From Vicugna vicugna (taxonomy: Eukaryota), in NCBI GenBank assembly GCA_013265495.1, contig MU058781.1, positions 5,645,050 to 5,709,049 of the forward strand: a stretch of 64,000 nt of DNA, in the 5' to 3' direction. Position numbers and translations under genes: made by a program. Each line of letters opens with the position of its first letter. Position 1 is the first letter of the stretch. The notes under the pieces were generated by a model. That model had not been told where the DNA came from and did not search any database. It was given only the letters and a program-made list of their open reading frames with translations. Of the stretch, positions 53,288 through 63,700 are shown piece by piece.

Positions 53288-54250
53288 TTCATTCAACAAA
53301 TCAAATGCATATGTAGCATCTCCTACATGCCAGGCACTGGGCTGCCAGGAGCTGAGAACGAATGAGGAAGACAGGCACGGTCCCCTACCCTTGCAAAGCT
53401 TACATTCTACTCAGGGAGAAAAGACAGCAATGACATAATCACACAAATATATCTGTTTATATGTGAAAATAGCTCTCAGAGAGAAGTACAGGATGAGGGG
53501 GAACAACTGAAGGTGGTATAAGAAGGCAGGGGAAGTTGGGGCACCTAGGGACAGACGGGACGAGAATGGTGGCCGAGGAGATAGAGAGAAGTGGGTAGAT
53601 TCAAAAAATATTCAAGAGGTGGGATCAGTAGGACTTGGTGACAGATGTAGAGGAAGAGAGAGAAATACTCTTGAGGATGACTTTTAGGCATCTGTCTTGG
53701 GAAACTAGAGGATGCCAATGGTTAACTTGGTTGGAGGAAGATGAGGTTTGGTGATGGAGAGACATAACTTTGGCTTTGAACATGGTCAGTTAAGGTGCTC
53801 TCTGATATCCCAGTGGTGCTGCTGAGCAGGCAGCTGGATATACAGGTCCAAGATTGAGGATAAATCGGGCCAGGAGATACAAATGTTGGGGTCTTGGGGC
53901 TGCCAAGAAGCACTGGGTTGGGATGAGATCGTTGAGGGGGAAAACTTAGCTTGAGAAGTGCCGTGGACCGGGGACGAGGCTGCGAGGATTACCAACATTT
54001 AGAGGTACAGAGAGCAGGTAGAGGAGGAACACCTGAAAACAGCATTAAAAAGGAAGGACCAGACAGGTAGGATGGAAATCAGAAGAGAATGGTGCCAAGG
54101 AAGCCAAGGGAAGAAGGTGTTTTAGAGAGGAGGGAGTGAGCAGCATTGGCAAAGCTGCTGAGATATCAAGCACAATGAGAACTACTATTTGAAACTCACA
54201 AAAAGAACCAATGACACAGAATGACATGGAGCTCACAAATGACCTCAGCA
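53288..54250 (-). mobile_element. L2 LINE (3' ~1 kb, internally deleted)
   Basis: 'ttcattcaacaaat...cctacatgccaggcactggg', 'caggcagctggatatacaggtc', 'ggatgagatc', 'ggaagccaagggaagaa', 'caaagctgctgaga'. Confidence 0.85.
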
Positions 54251-54324
54251 GGAGACAAGGGTGGGGACCAGCAGGGGCAAAGGCCAAACTGGAACCACTG
54301 AGAAATGTTGCCCCCTAATGGGGG

Positions 54325-54575
54325 CAGTGGAGGCAGTGGTTGAGGATTCAGGCTCCGGGGACAGATCGTCACGGCTGATGCTCTGGTTCTCCCCCTTAAC
54401 CATGAGGCCTAAAGTACGTTACTTAATTTCTCTGGGGGTCAATATTCTCATCTGCAGGAGGTGAGTAATAATGCCTACCTTTTGGGTTGCTGGGGGACTG
54501 AGAAGTGTAAACCACTCAGCACGGTGCCCGACGCATACTAGTTGCTTAATAAATGCTAGTCTTTCATTATTACTG
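54325..54575 (+). mobile_element. MIR SINE, near full length
   Basis: 'cagtggttgagga...ttacttaatttctctg...tctcatctgca...gtaataatgcctacct...agcacggtgcccgacgcata...gcttaataaatgctag'. Confidence 0.75.
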
Positions 54576-54599
54576 ACATTCTCTTAACCATGAAGTCAG

Positions 54600-55060
54600 T
54601 ATTAATTAAGTCTCTATCTGTCAGGCACTGTCCTAGACTCTGGGAAAGAACAACAACAATAAATAATTCTCGCTCCATATGGAATTAAGCAAATTGTTTC
54701 ACAATGAAATATTTTCTGTTAAAAGGCGATAAATGCTTAAGGAGAAAATGCAGCCAGAAAAGGGGACCGGAGCAAGGGGTCTACATTATAGGTTTTTTAA
54801 AGTTTGTCAAGAAAGGCCTCACGGGGACATTGGAGCAGAAGTCTGAAGAAAGTAGAGAAAGCAATGTGGTGATTTAAGGAAGAGACTTTCAGGTTCAAGG
54901 AAATGAAGGTACAGTGGGGTGGGATCCCACCTGGCAGTCAGAGGAGGGGCAAGGCAGGTGAGGGGGGAGGCTGTGTGTCTGGGGCAGAGCACGTGATGGG
55001 GAGGGGGAGGGGGGAGTGACGAGGATGTGCTCTTTAGGCCCTGATAAGGTCTGTGTACAA
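54600..55060 (-). mobile_element. L2 3' fragment
   Basis: 'tgtcaggcactgtcctagactctggg...gtcaagaaaggcctcac...gacattggagcagaagtctgaag'. Confidence 0.65.
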
Positions 55061-55075
55061 TGATAAAAAACATGG

Positions 55076-55187
55076 CGGGGCGGGCACAGCTCAGTGGTAG
55101 AGTGCGGGCTTAGCATGCACGAGGTCCTGGGTTCAATTCCCAGTATCTCCATTTAAATAAATAAACCTAATTACTTCCCCCAAAATT
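55076..55187 (+). mobile_element. tRNA-Ala-derived SINE (Vic-1-like) with TSD
   Basis: A box CAGCTCAGTGG, B box GGTTCAATTCC, tail AAATAAATAAACCTAATTAC; TSD AAAAACATGG at 55066-55075 and 55188-55197. Confidence 0.92.
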
Positions 55188-55324
55188 AAAAACATGGAGC
55201 ATATGAAAGAAAAGAGTAAACTCACTACTGTACACCTAAAGTAGGGGTAAAAGGATATTACTTTAAACCAAATGATGGGGAAAGGAGGCGAGAGGAAGAA
55301 AGAGTTGCCTGGAATGTCAGTGTT

Positions 55325-55864
55325 TTTTCCCAGTTTACTGAGACAGAACATAGAGCACAGCGTATGTTTAGGGTGTACAGCATCGTGACCTGACTTATAG
55401 GTACCGTCAGATGGTTACAGCTGGTTTAGTTAACATCCATCACCTCATAATATGGGCACCAAAAAAAAAAAAAAAAGCTTTTTCCTTGTGATGAGAACAA
55501 TCTTAGGACTTTCACTTGCAACTCTCTTACAACCTTCAGCACCTTACACCATACAGCAGTGTTAACTAAAGTCACTGTATTGTACACTGTGTCCCCAGTA
55601 CTTACTCAAATTTTATAAATAGAAGGTTGTAACTTCTGACCGCCTTCATCCAACTTCCCCATCCACTACCTCATACTTCTGGGAACCACAAAGCTGATCT
55701 CTTTCTATGAGTTTGGTTTTTTGTTTGTTTTTAGATTCCACATATATGTGAGATCATACAGTCTTTGTCTTTGCCTGGCTTATTTCACTTAGCATAATAC
55801 CCTCAGGGTCCATCCCCGTTGTCACAAATGGCAGGATTTCCTTCATTTTAATGACTGAATAAGA
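55325..55864 (-). mobile_element. 5'-truncated L1 (intermediate age)
   Basis: Antisense L1 3'UTR and ORF2 end ('tttttagattccacatatatgtgagatcatacag...cttatttcacttagcataat...gttgtcacaaatggcaggattt'); degenerate TSD tggaatgtcagtgtt (55310-55324) / tggaatttcaatatt (55865-55879), 12/15 match. Confidence 0.85.
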
Positions 55865-57166
55865 TGGAATTTCAATATTGCTCATAGTAGGAAACCAACA
55901 GAAAATGGCTTAAAAAAAAAAGAGTATGTGGGCATTAAGGGTATTACAGTAAGAAGTTAATATAAATATATCTATTATAGCAAAAAATATAAAAATGTAT
56001 CTAAATAATATACTTATATTGAAAAATGAAGGCTACACATTAAAATGGTTATGTAAAAGGAGAAAACAGATGAGACAGAAATAGATAGACTTCAACAACT
56101 TCACTGTGGTTTGTAGATTAGATTTTTTTAAATTTATAAATATTTTTATGTAATTACTGAACAAAAATAATTTTCTAAGATACTCCTTTAAAAACCTCAA
56201 ACAAAATAAAAGAACTTAAATGTATATCCAGTTACTGGCATAAACATACAGAGAGTGTTCACATGACCCCCAACACACTACTATGTTAACTGTATATTCC
56301 TACCCCAATGGATGAAAAACCCAAACAAAACTGAACAAAAAAGTTAAAAGTTTTTAGTAAGCATACTGCTGGGATATCACTGGCATTTTTACTCGGAAAT
56401 TATGGTGAGTGTAGTATGGAATAAAGTAAAAGAGTAAACTGTGTTGGTGTGATTGAGAACTGCTATTTTCAGCTTGAGAGAAAGGAAATGCTGATGTAAG
56501 ATGAATGGTGTCAAGAAGAGTTTTGTGGAGCACACCAGTATAAACCCGTGATGTGTTACACATACACCATACACACACACACTACACATACACACTTCCT
56601 CTCTCTATAAATATATAGAGAGAGACTGATTAATTTCCTAGCTCTGGCCACGCCCACTGAAAAGACCGAGAAACAGTGGCAAACCCAGTTGCAATAAGTC
56701 CCCCTGGACCGTTGAAAGCCTGGCCTCCAAATACCACTTCTCACTGATAGGAACCAGGTTTGCTTGGAAAAAATGCTAATCCCAGGTCTGCAGCTGGAAA
56801 TGCACTAGTATTGTATTGAAAGGACTCAGCAGTCAAACTGAACAGGTTTCTAATCAATGGCTAAAATGAGGCTATTTGAGTATCAGTTAGAGTAAAAAAG
56901 ATACAATGGCTTGAAATACATTAGATTTAAATTCACAAGGTTACAGTAATACTTTAAAGAAATGGTGACTTGGGAGGGCATTATGAAAAAGTTTTATTTT
57001 GAGAACTGATAAAAATAAAGGGAAAGAATCAAGTATTTGTCCTGCTTTTTGTACAAAACCTGAAGCACTGAGTAAACAAATAGTAGATGAGGGGAAGTTT
57101 CTCTTCATGGACCATGAGTCCTGCTAATAAATTAGTGAACAAAGAATAATACAATTAAGGAGGGGG

Positions 57167-57426
57167 ATACAAACTTGTGGTTGCCAAGGGGGCAGGGGGT
57201 GGGAAGGGACAGACTGGGATTTCAAAATGTAGAATAGATAGACAAGGTTATACTGTATAGCACAGGGAAATATATACAAGATCTTGTGGCAGCTCACAGT
57301 GAAAAAAATGTGACAATGAATATATGTATGTTCATATATAACTGAAAAATTGTGCTCTACAGTGGAATTTGACACAGCATTGTAAGACTATAACTCAATA
57401 AAAAAAATGTTAAAAAAAAAAAAAAG
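57167..57426 (+). mobile_element. Severely 5'-truncated lineage-specific L1 (3'UTR + poly(A))
   Basis: Clearly homologous to 59017-59279; AATAAA then poly(A); exact TSD AATTAAGGAGGGGG at 57153-57166 and 57427-57440. Confidence 0.9.
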
Positions 57427-57435
57427 AATTAAGGA

Positions 57436-57560
57436 GGGGGGAGTATAGCTCAGTGGTAGTGTACATGCCTAGCATTCATGAAGCCCTGGGTTCAATCTCC
57501 AGTAATTCCAGTAAAAATAAATAAATAAACCTAATTATCTGCCCAACCCCCACCAAACAG
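57436..57560 (+). mobile_element. tRNA-derived SINE (Vic-1-like), more diverged copy
   Basis: GGGGGGAGTATAGCTCAGTGGTAG...CCTGGGTTCAATCTCCAG...AAATAAATAAATAAACCTAATTA. Confidence 0.88.
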
Positions 57561-57929
57561 TACTACAAAGAATGACAGATTTAGATTAGTACCATTTTGA
57601 AGTCCCCTGTAAATTTGATTTATGAATTTAAACAAAGATATCATTGCAAAAGGGGTACTATTAACAAATGACCTCCTGACGGAAAACATAAGACCAATTA
57701 TGAAGTTGTCAGGCAAAACAAAGCAAAGCCAATTAAATGATGCCTCTAGGACTGCCTAGAACTTCCTAGAAGGGCAGGAGACAGGAATATATATAACACC
57801 ACCCAAAGATATGACCATCAAAATCCAGATGCTGGGAAATTCTACTGGACAAATATCATTTCTTCAACAGGAAAAAAAAACCTGTAAAAAATAAAGGAAT
57901 GGATCTAATAGCTTTAAAGAAGCTTAAGG

Positions 57930-58942
57930 TTCAGCAAACGGTGTTGGGAAAACTGGACAGCAGCATGTAAATCAATGAAGCTAGAATGCTCCCTTACACC
58001 ATACACAAAAATAAACTCAAAACGGATCAAAGACTTAAACATAAGACAAGATACAATAAATCTCCTAGAAGAAAATATAGGCAAAACATTATCTGACATA
58101 CATCTCAAAAACGTTCTCCTAGAACAGTCTACCCAAGCAATAGAAATAAAAACAAGAATAAACAAATGGGACCTAATGAAAATTACAAGCTTCACTTCTG
58201 CACAGCAAACCAAAAGTAAAACAAAACGACAACCTACGGAATGGAAGAAAATTTTTGCAAATGAAACTGACAAAGGCTTGATCTCCAGAATATATAAGCA
58301 GCTCATATGATTTAATATAATAAAAACCCAACCCAAAAATGGGCAGAATACCTAAACAAGCAATTCTCCAAGGAAGACATACAAATGATCAATAGGCACA
58401 TGAAAAAATGCTCAATATCACTGGTTATCAGAGAAATGCAAATCAAAACTACAATGAGGTATCACCTCACACCAGTCAGAATGGCCGTCATTCAAAAATC
58501 CACAAATGACAAATGCTGGAGAGGCTGTGGAGAAAAGGGGACCCTCCTACACTGCTGGTGGGAACGCAGTTTGGTGCAGCCACTGTGGAAAACAGTATGG
58601 AGATTCCTCAAAAGACTAGGAATAGACTTACCATGTGACCCAGGAATCCCGCTCCTGGGCATATATCCAGAAGGAACCCTACTTCAGAATGACACCTGCA
58701 CCCCACTGTTCATAGCACACTATTCACAATAGCTAAGACATGGAGACAGCCTAAATGTCCATCAACAGATGACTGGATAAAGAAGATGTGGTTTATTTAT
58801 ACAATGGAATACTATTTAGCCATAAAAACCGACAACATAATGCCATGTGCAGCAACATGGATGTTACTGGAGAATGTCATTCTATGTGAAGTAAGCCAGA
58901 AAGAGAAAGAAAAATACCATATGAGCTTGCTTATATGCGGAA

Positions 58943-58947
<5 letters not shown>
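57930..58947 (+). pseudogene. Disrupted L1 ORF2p C-terminal coding remnant
   Basis: FSKRCWENW...LTPYTKINSK...QPTEWKKIFAN...LISRIYK, stop at 58308-58310, then [30 protein letters not shown]...[17 protein letters not shown]...IPLLGIYP, a frameshift, ending EKEKYHMSLLICGI*. Confidence 0.95.
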
Positions 58948-58973
<26 letters not shown>

Positions 58974-59279
58974 CAAAAACAAAAATACAAAACAGAAACA
59001 GACTCATAGACATAGAATACAAACTTTTGGTTGCCAGGGGGATGGGGGGTGGGAAGGCACTGGGATTTCAAAATGTAGAATAGATAAACAAGATTGTACT
59101 GTGTAGCACAGGGAAATATATACAGGATCTTGTGATGGCTCACAGTGAAAGAGAATGTGACAATGAATGTATGTATGTTCATGTATAACTGAAAAATTAT
59201 GCTGTACAGTGGAATTTGACACAACATTGTAAAATGACTATAACTTAATAAAAAAAGTTTATATAAAAAAATTTAAAAA
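57930..59279 (+). mobile_element. 5'-truncated lineage-specific LINE-1 (~1.35 kb)
   Basis: ORF2 C-terminus, 3'UTR, AATAAA and A-rich tail; exact TSD AAAGAAGCTTAAGG at 57916-57929 and 59280-59293, preceded by TTT (TT/AAAG endonuclease site). Confidence 0.96.
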
Positions 59280-59704
59280 AAAGAAGCTTAAGGGACACAG
59301 ACTTCATTTGTATCCTGATTTGAGTAGACTATTTAAAAAAATTCTACATCATAACACAACTTTGTATTTATAAGACAACTAGGGAAATACAAACGCTGGA
59401 TATTTGAAGATCTTAAGGAATTACTGTTAATTATTTTTTAGATGTGATGATGGTATTGTGGTTTTGTATGAGAAAAAGAATCTCAATTGTTTATATGAAT
59501 ATTAAAATATTTACAGACGGTATGATGTTTCAAATTTGCTGCAAAACAGTCTGGGTACAGAGCGGGGCGGGTGGAGGTAGGTGAAACTGTGTTGATGGCT
59601 GCTGAGGTGGGGTGATGTGGGCATGGGAGATTATTTTATGATCTACCTTAGGATGTGTTTGATATTTTCTGTAACACAACATGAATGTTCCTTTAGGAAG
59701 TCAA

Positions 59705-59890
59705 CAGTGTTTCTCAAGTGTGGTTCCCCACAGCTGTCACTTGGGGTTCTCTATGTCAGTTTACTTGGGGTCCTTAATGATGTTTGAAGTCCACCCAGTC
59801 CTAATTTCTGACAGACTCCTAGGAGTGAAGCTCAGAAACTTGCATATTAAACACAGTATGTAGGTGGGTCTTCTGCACACCCCAATCTGC
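59705..59890 (+). mobile_element. MER5B-like hAT-Charlie remnant
   Basis: 'cagtgtttctcaagtgtggttcc...gctcagaaacttgcatattaaaca...tctgcacac'. Confidence 0.55.
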
Positions 59891-60949
59891 GTGAAATAAA
59901 TTATTTCCTTTTTCAAAGACTTTCAAACAATTCAATCTCAAAACTTTTCCCTACTTAAAACAAAACAAAACAAAACCTAGAGTAACCTAAAATATTCTTC
60001 ACGTTAGGGTTTAATTTCAATAAAATATTTCCTCTCCATGTTGTACATCAACAAGCAAGAGATTTAAAAGATTTCCTAAGGGACCAGGGTATCAGATCAT
60101 ACTTTCTAAAGCTTGCTGAGCACTTGGGGTTAATTAACCAGACCAAAGAGCCTACTGTAATGTGGATGAAGTCACAGAAATGTGCCTCTTTTATGGAGGA
60201 CAAACTTGGTGACAGGAAACATAAACAAAATCCAAAATAAAAAAACAAAAGTGATCCCCATCCAGCTACAACATCAGCTCAACAAACTGTCCCCGGAGTC
60301 AACAAGAGTTGCTTCCCAAAAGGAGGGTCCACTATCCTTAACACAAAGAATGGACTTCTTTCCAACAGTGGTACTTGTCATTAGAAGCTAGCAGTTTGTT
60401 GAAGGACTCAGATTCTTCCATAAGCAAACAGTTTACCGGGAGGATGAACACTCACCAGCCAGCAGCAGCAAAGGCGTGGACAAAGAACACAGAGCAGAGA
60501 CGGAAAGAATCAACGCTGCCTAAGCCCCACCGAGGTGCTAGCTGCCGTCGAAGAAATCCTTGTGTACGATTTCTAACTTAACCTTTATTGAAGCCCATGG
60601 CTTTTATACTTGTTAAAAAAAAAAAAACCAAAAAACCAAAAAACCCAAGCATTCTACCAAGGGGCTTCACAGCATCTGCGTTTTATTTGTAAATTAAATG
60701 TCTCACTAGTTAGTAAGTCATTTTTAAAAAGCATTCCATGTGTCACGCAGTGGAACAGCACTTACCACCAGGCCTGGTTCTGAAGTTCCCACCCAGCACA
60801 AAGGGTGTGCGGGTCAAAATCATCCTTGAGATTTAAAGGTGTCAGATGTGAACACTCTCCCATGAAAACCTTTCAGGGGCAGCGCACCACGTGTACGGTG
60901 CAATCTACAGTCCTGGTTCTCGTCAAGGCTTAGAAGACACGATCTGCCT

Positions 60950-61365
60950 CCAGCTGTGTGACACCCCCTTATTTCCTGCCCACTGCCCTCTGCTTTGCTC
61001 TGGCCCCCACGACGTCCACGTTCTGTACCACAAGCCAGACACAATCCTGTCCTCAACCAGAATGCTCTCTGGCAAATCACACAATGTGTCCCCTTCACTG
61101 GAGTCCTGCTCAAATGTTGTCTCTCCCTTTCTCAGAGCCCAGCCCTCCCTCTTTCCCCTGCCACTCTGATTCTTCTTAGCCCACTTTACATTCCCCTCAG
61201 AGCAACCATCACAGCTGGCATTACGGTCCTTGTTTGTTTAATGTTTGTCTTCCACACCAGAACGAGGCTTCTCAGAGGCAAGGACTTTGTTCACTGCTCT
61301 GACCTGGCACCTGCACGAGTCCTGGCACAGGGAAGGCACTCAGGAAGCATTACTGAATGAATGAA
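60950..61365 (+). mobile_element. L2 3' end
   Basis: 'ctgctcaaatgt...gaggcaaggactttgttcactgct...cctggcacagggaaggcactcagg...tgaatgaatgaa'. Confidence 0.8.
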
Positions 61366-63479
61366 AGTCCCTAAACGGTCCATCAAGGATAGTGTAGAAG
61401 GTGTTTATTTATACCACCCTGTGCAATAATTATCTTAAACCCTGAAGTTTGGAAACCACTGAGCTAGGCTAAGGCATGCAAGGAAAGTTTGCAGCAGGGG
61501 TGTGTCTGGGCACCCAAACCACTGTGCCTCTAACATCCCTGATGGAGAGAATTCTGGAGTGCTCCTGACGCCATAAAGTGTTTCCTTAATCCCATTCTGA
61601 GAGTAAGTCTCCATATTTTGCGTATTTAATTGGTTTGGTTGTTGGCGCTGCTGTGAGGGTGGAAGGAGATGACAGAGTTTTTCAAAAGTGAGATTCTTAG
61701 TCACCCTGGTAATTAAAGGAAACTTCCATCCCGACACGGCAGAGATTACTAATGGGCCAAAATGCTAGCAGATCCGTGCAGATCTCAAGTTAACGCTTTG
61801 CAGCGCATATACTCCATCCTTTAATTAGCAAGGTTGTAGCTCTACCTTTGTTTTTTTTTTCCTTCTGTAATGTATCAACTTAATGTCTCCCTACGGCCAT
61901 TCACGTGAAATTTCACAGGTAAGCACACCAGCAGTGTGGGTGCATCACGTTCAATTACCGACTGAGGCCAGACTCCACGGCCTGAGTTCTTGTCCTCAGT
62001 GGATTTCAGCATAATAAGTATGTGGCATAAAATGGTGAAACAAAATTGAGGCACTGGCTTTGAAGTGACCCAGGTAACCATGCTTATGGTAGCAAAATAT
62101 CAGTATGAAATTCAAAGATTGGACTCACTCAAAACAAGGTTAAACTGTGCCTTCTGAAATTGAATTGACAGAGACAGGCCCCCAGGCTCGTAAGTTTTGT
62201 CGCCTTTTTTGTTGTTGTTTTTTTAAGGACATCAGTGAGCATCTCATTAATGTTATAATCTGAAAAGTGTTTTCTGCCTCTAATGGAAGATTTAGACTAG
62301 CTGAGGAAGCCATCATTGGTTCCCCAAATTGCAGCCTTATCAATTAAAAAATGCAAATTGCTCCATATTGCTAATGATTCCAACTTTGAAAGAAGCTGTT
62401 CCTACTGTTCCTTTTGTTTTAAGTGAATAAGTTTAAGTGGCTAAGTTTAAGTGAAAAAATATCCCAAGATTGCAAGGTAGCTGTTTTCAAAAAAAAAACA
62501 AAAACAAAAACAAAAAAAAAACCCTGTTATTACTTGCAACTCCTTATTTCAGGGAACCAAGATTTTCTCAATACTGTGCAACAATATTAAAAAAAAAAAT
62601 CAAACAACAAAAGGGAATAAATTGGAAACTGAAGTTAGAAAAGCCTGCAGCTGTCATCCGTAGCACTGATTTCAAATTTCTGTGTTCATCACAAAGCCTC
62701 ACTGTTCTTTTTTCTTGGTTTTATAAAGTCAGCACTATACATTGAAATCTAACAAACATTATATGAACAAAATCTTCCTTCATCAGTTTTACATACTGAG
62801 GTTTCACATTAGACTGTATTTGAGAAAGGAGTTGATACTGAAAAATAACAATGAAGTGGACAGAGCCCTAGGCAGGGAGATTCTTTAAATATGGAAAGCA
62901 AACAAGAGAATGATGTCCGCTGACCTGTTTATTAATGCATTAAATTCTATACTTGTTTTTAAAAAATAACTTGTCACAGCATGTAATGTACTATACCATG
63001 GAAAATACCAAGTCAATGCCAAAAAAATATACATTTTGGACTCAACTGCAAAGAAAGAGAAGAAAGAGTTGATACTGAAAGTATTTGTAAATCATCAAGT
63101 AAAAGCAATGGATGATACGTGCCCTGTGGATGATGGCTGCTGTAGCGCCGCTATAAAGCTCAAACACAGGAAAGAACAGCAAAAGGAACAAAAAAAAAGA
63201 GTTCTTGTGTAACTTTCCACCCACAGGATAACAAACACTTGGATGTAAGTAACGCATCCATGGTCCATTTAAACTTTGTTTTCATGTTTGAAGTTAATTA
63301 AGCAAGCAAAGGGCTGGAGCCACCATCGATGCAACATGTTTGCACACATGTTTGCACAGGATCTCAGAGAACAGAAGGGCGGGGTGGGGGTGGGGGAACA
63401 GTTTCTCATCTGCCTGTGATAACGTGGCCCCTGCCATCACCTCTCCCATCGAGTACTTTCTGAGTCAAGGGAAGGAATG

Positions 63480-63700
63480 CACCGTGGTAGAGAGCGCATG
63501 GATTTTATTACTCAGACTTAGGGTCAAAACCAGCATGCTTATTATTAGCAGGGTAACTTGAGCTGACTCACTTCCGCCTTGTCTAGCCTCTCATGGAGCT
63601 GGAGATACCCACCAAAGTGTTTGCCAAGATGCCTTTACATCTTGTAAGAAATAACACAGAAGTCACCTAGCCCCTCAGGCACTGTTCAATAAATAGCTTC
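63480..63700 (+). mobile_element. MIR SINE (diverged)
   Basis: 'gtggtagagagcgcatggatttt...cagacttagggtcaaaaccag...gtaacttgagc...ttcaataaatagc'. Confidence 0.55.

Larger units (their letters stand above)
55200..59680 (+). mobile_element. Old L1 (L1MC/L1MD-like) 3' region, interrupted by younger insertions
   Basis: Segments 'ttcctagctctggcca...cactgaaaagac...acccagttgcaataag', 'gatgaggggaagtttctctt', 'gatgtgatgatggtattgtggtt', 'aaaatatttacaga...ggggtgatg' resemble old L1M 3'UTRs and resume on each side of the inserts; left boundary uncertain. Confidence 0.7.

Noticed and set aside
55076..55151. tRNA-Ala(AGC) genes at 29690-29764, 55076-55151 and 57436-57510
   Set aside because: They have tRNA-like heads but imperfect stems, a shared non-tRNA AT-rich tail and flanking duplications, so they are SINEs.
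57914..58336. 140-aa hydrophobic minus-strand ORF
   Set aside because: It is the antisense shadow of the A-rich L1 ORF2.
57167..59279. Two ~260-bp direct repeats (57167-57426 and 59017-59279) as LTRs or a local duplication
   Set aside because: Both are L1 3'UTR plus poly(A), each with its own distinct TSD and many differences. There are no TG...CA termini or primer-binding site, so they are independent insertions.
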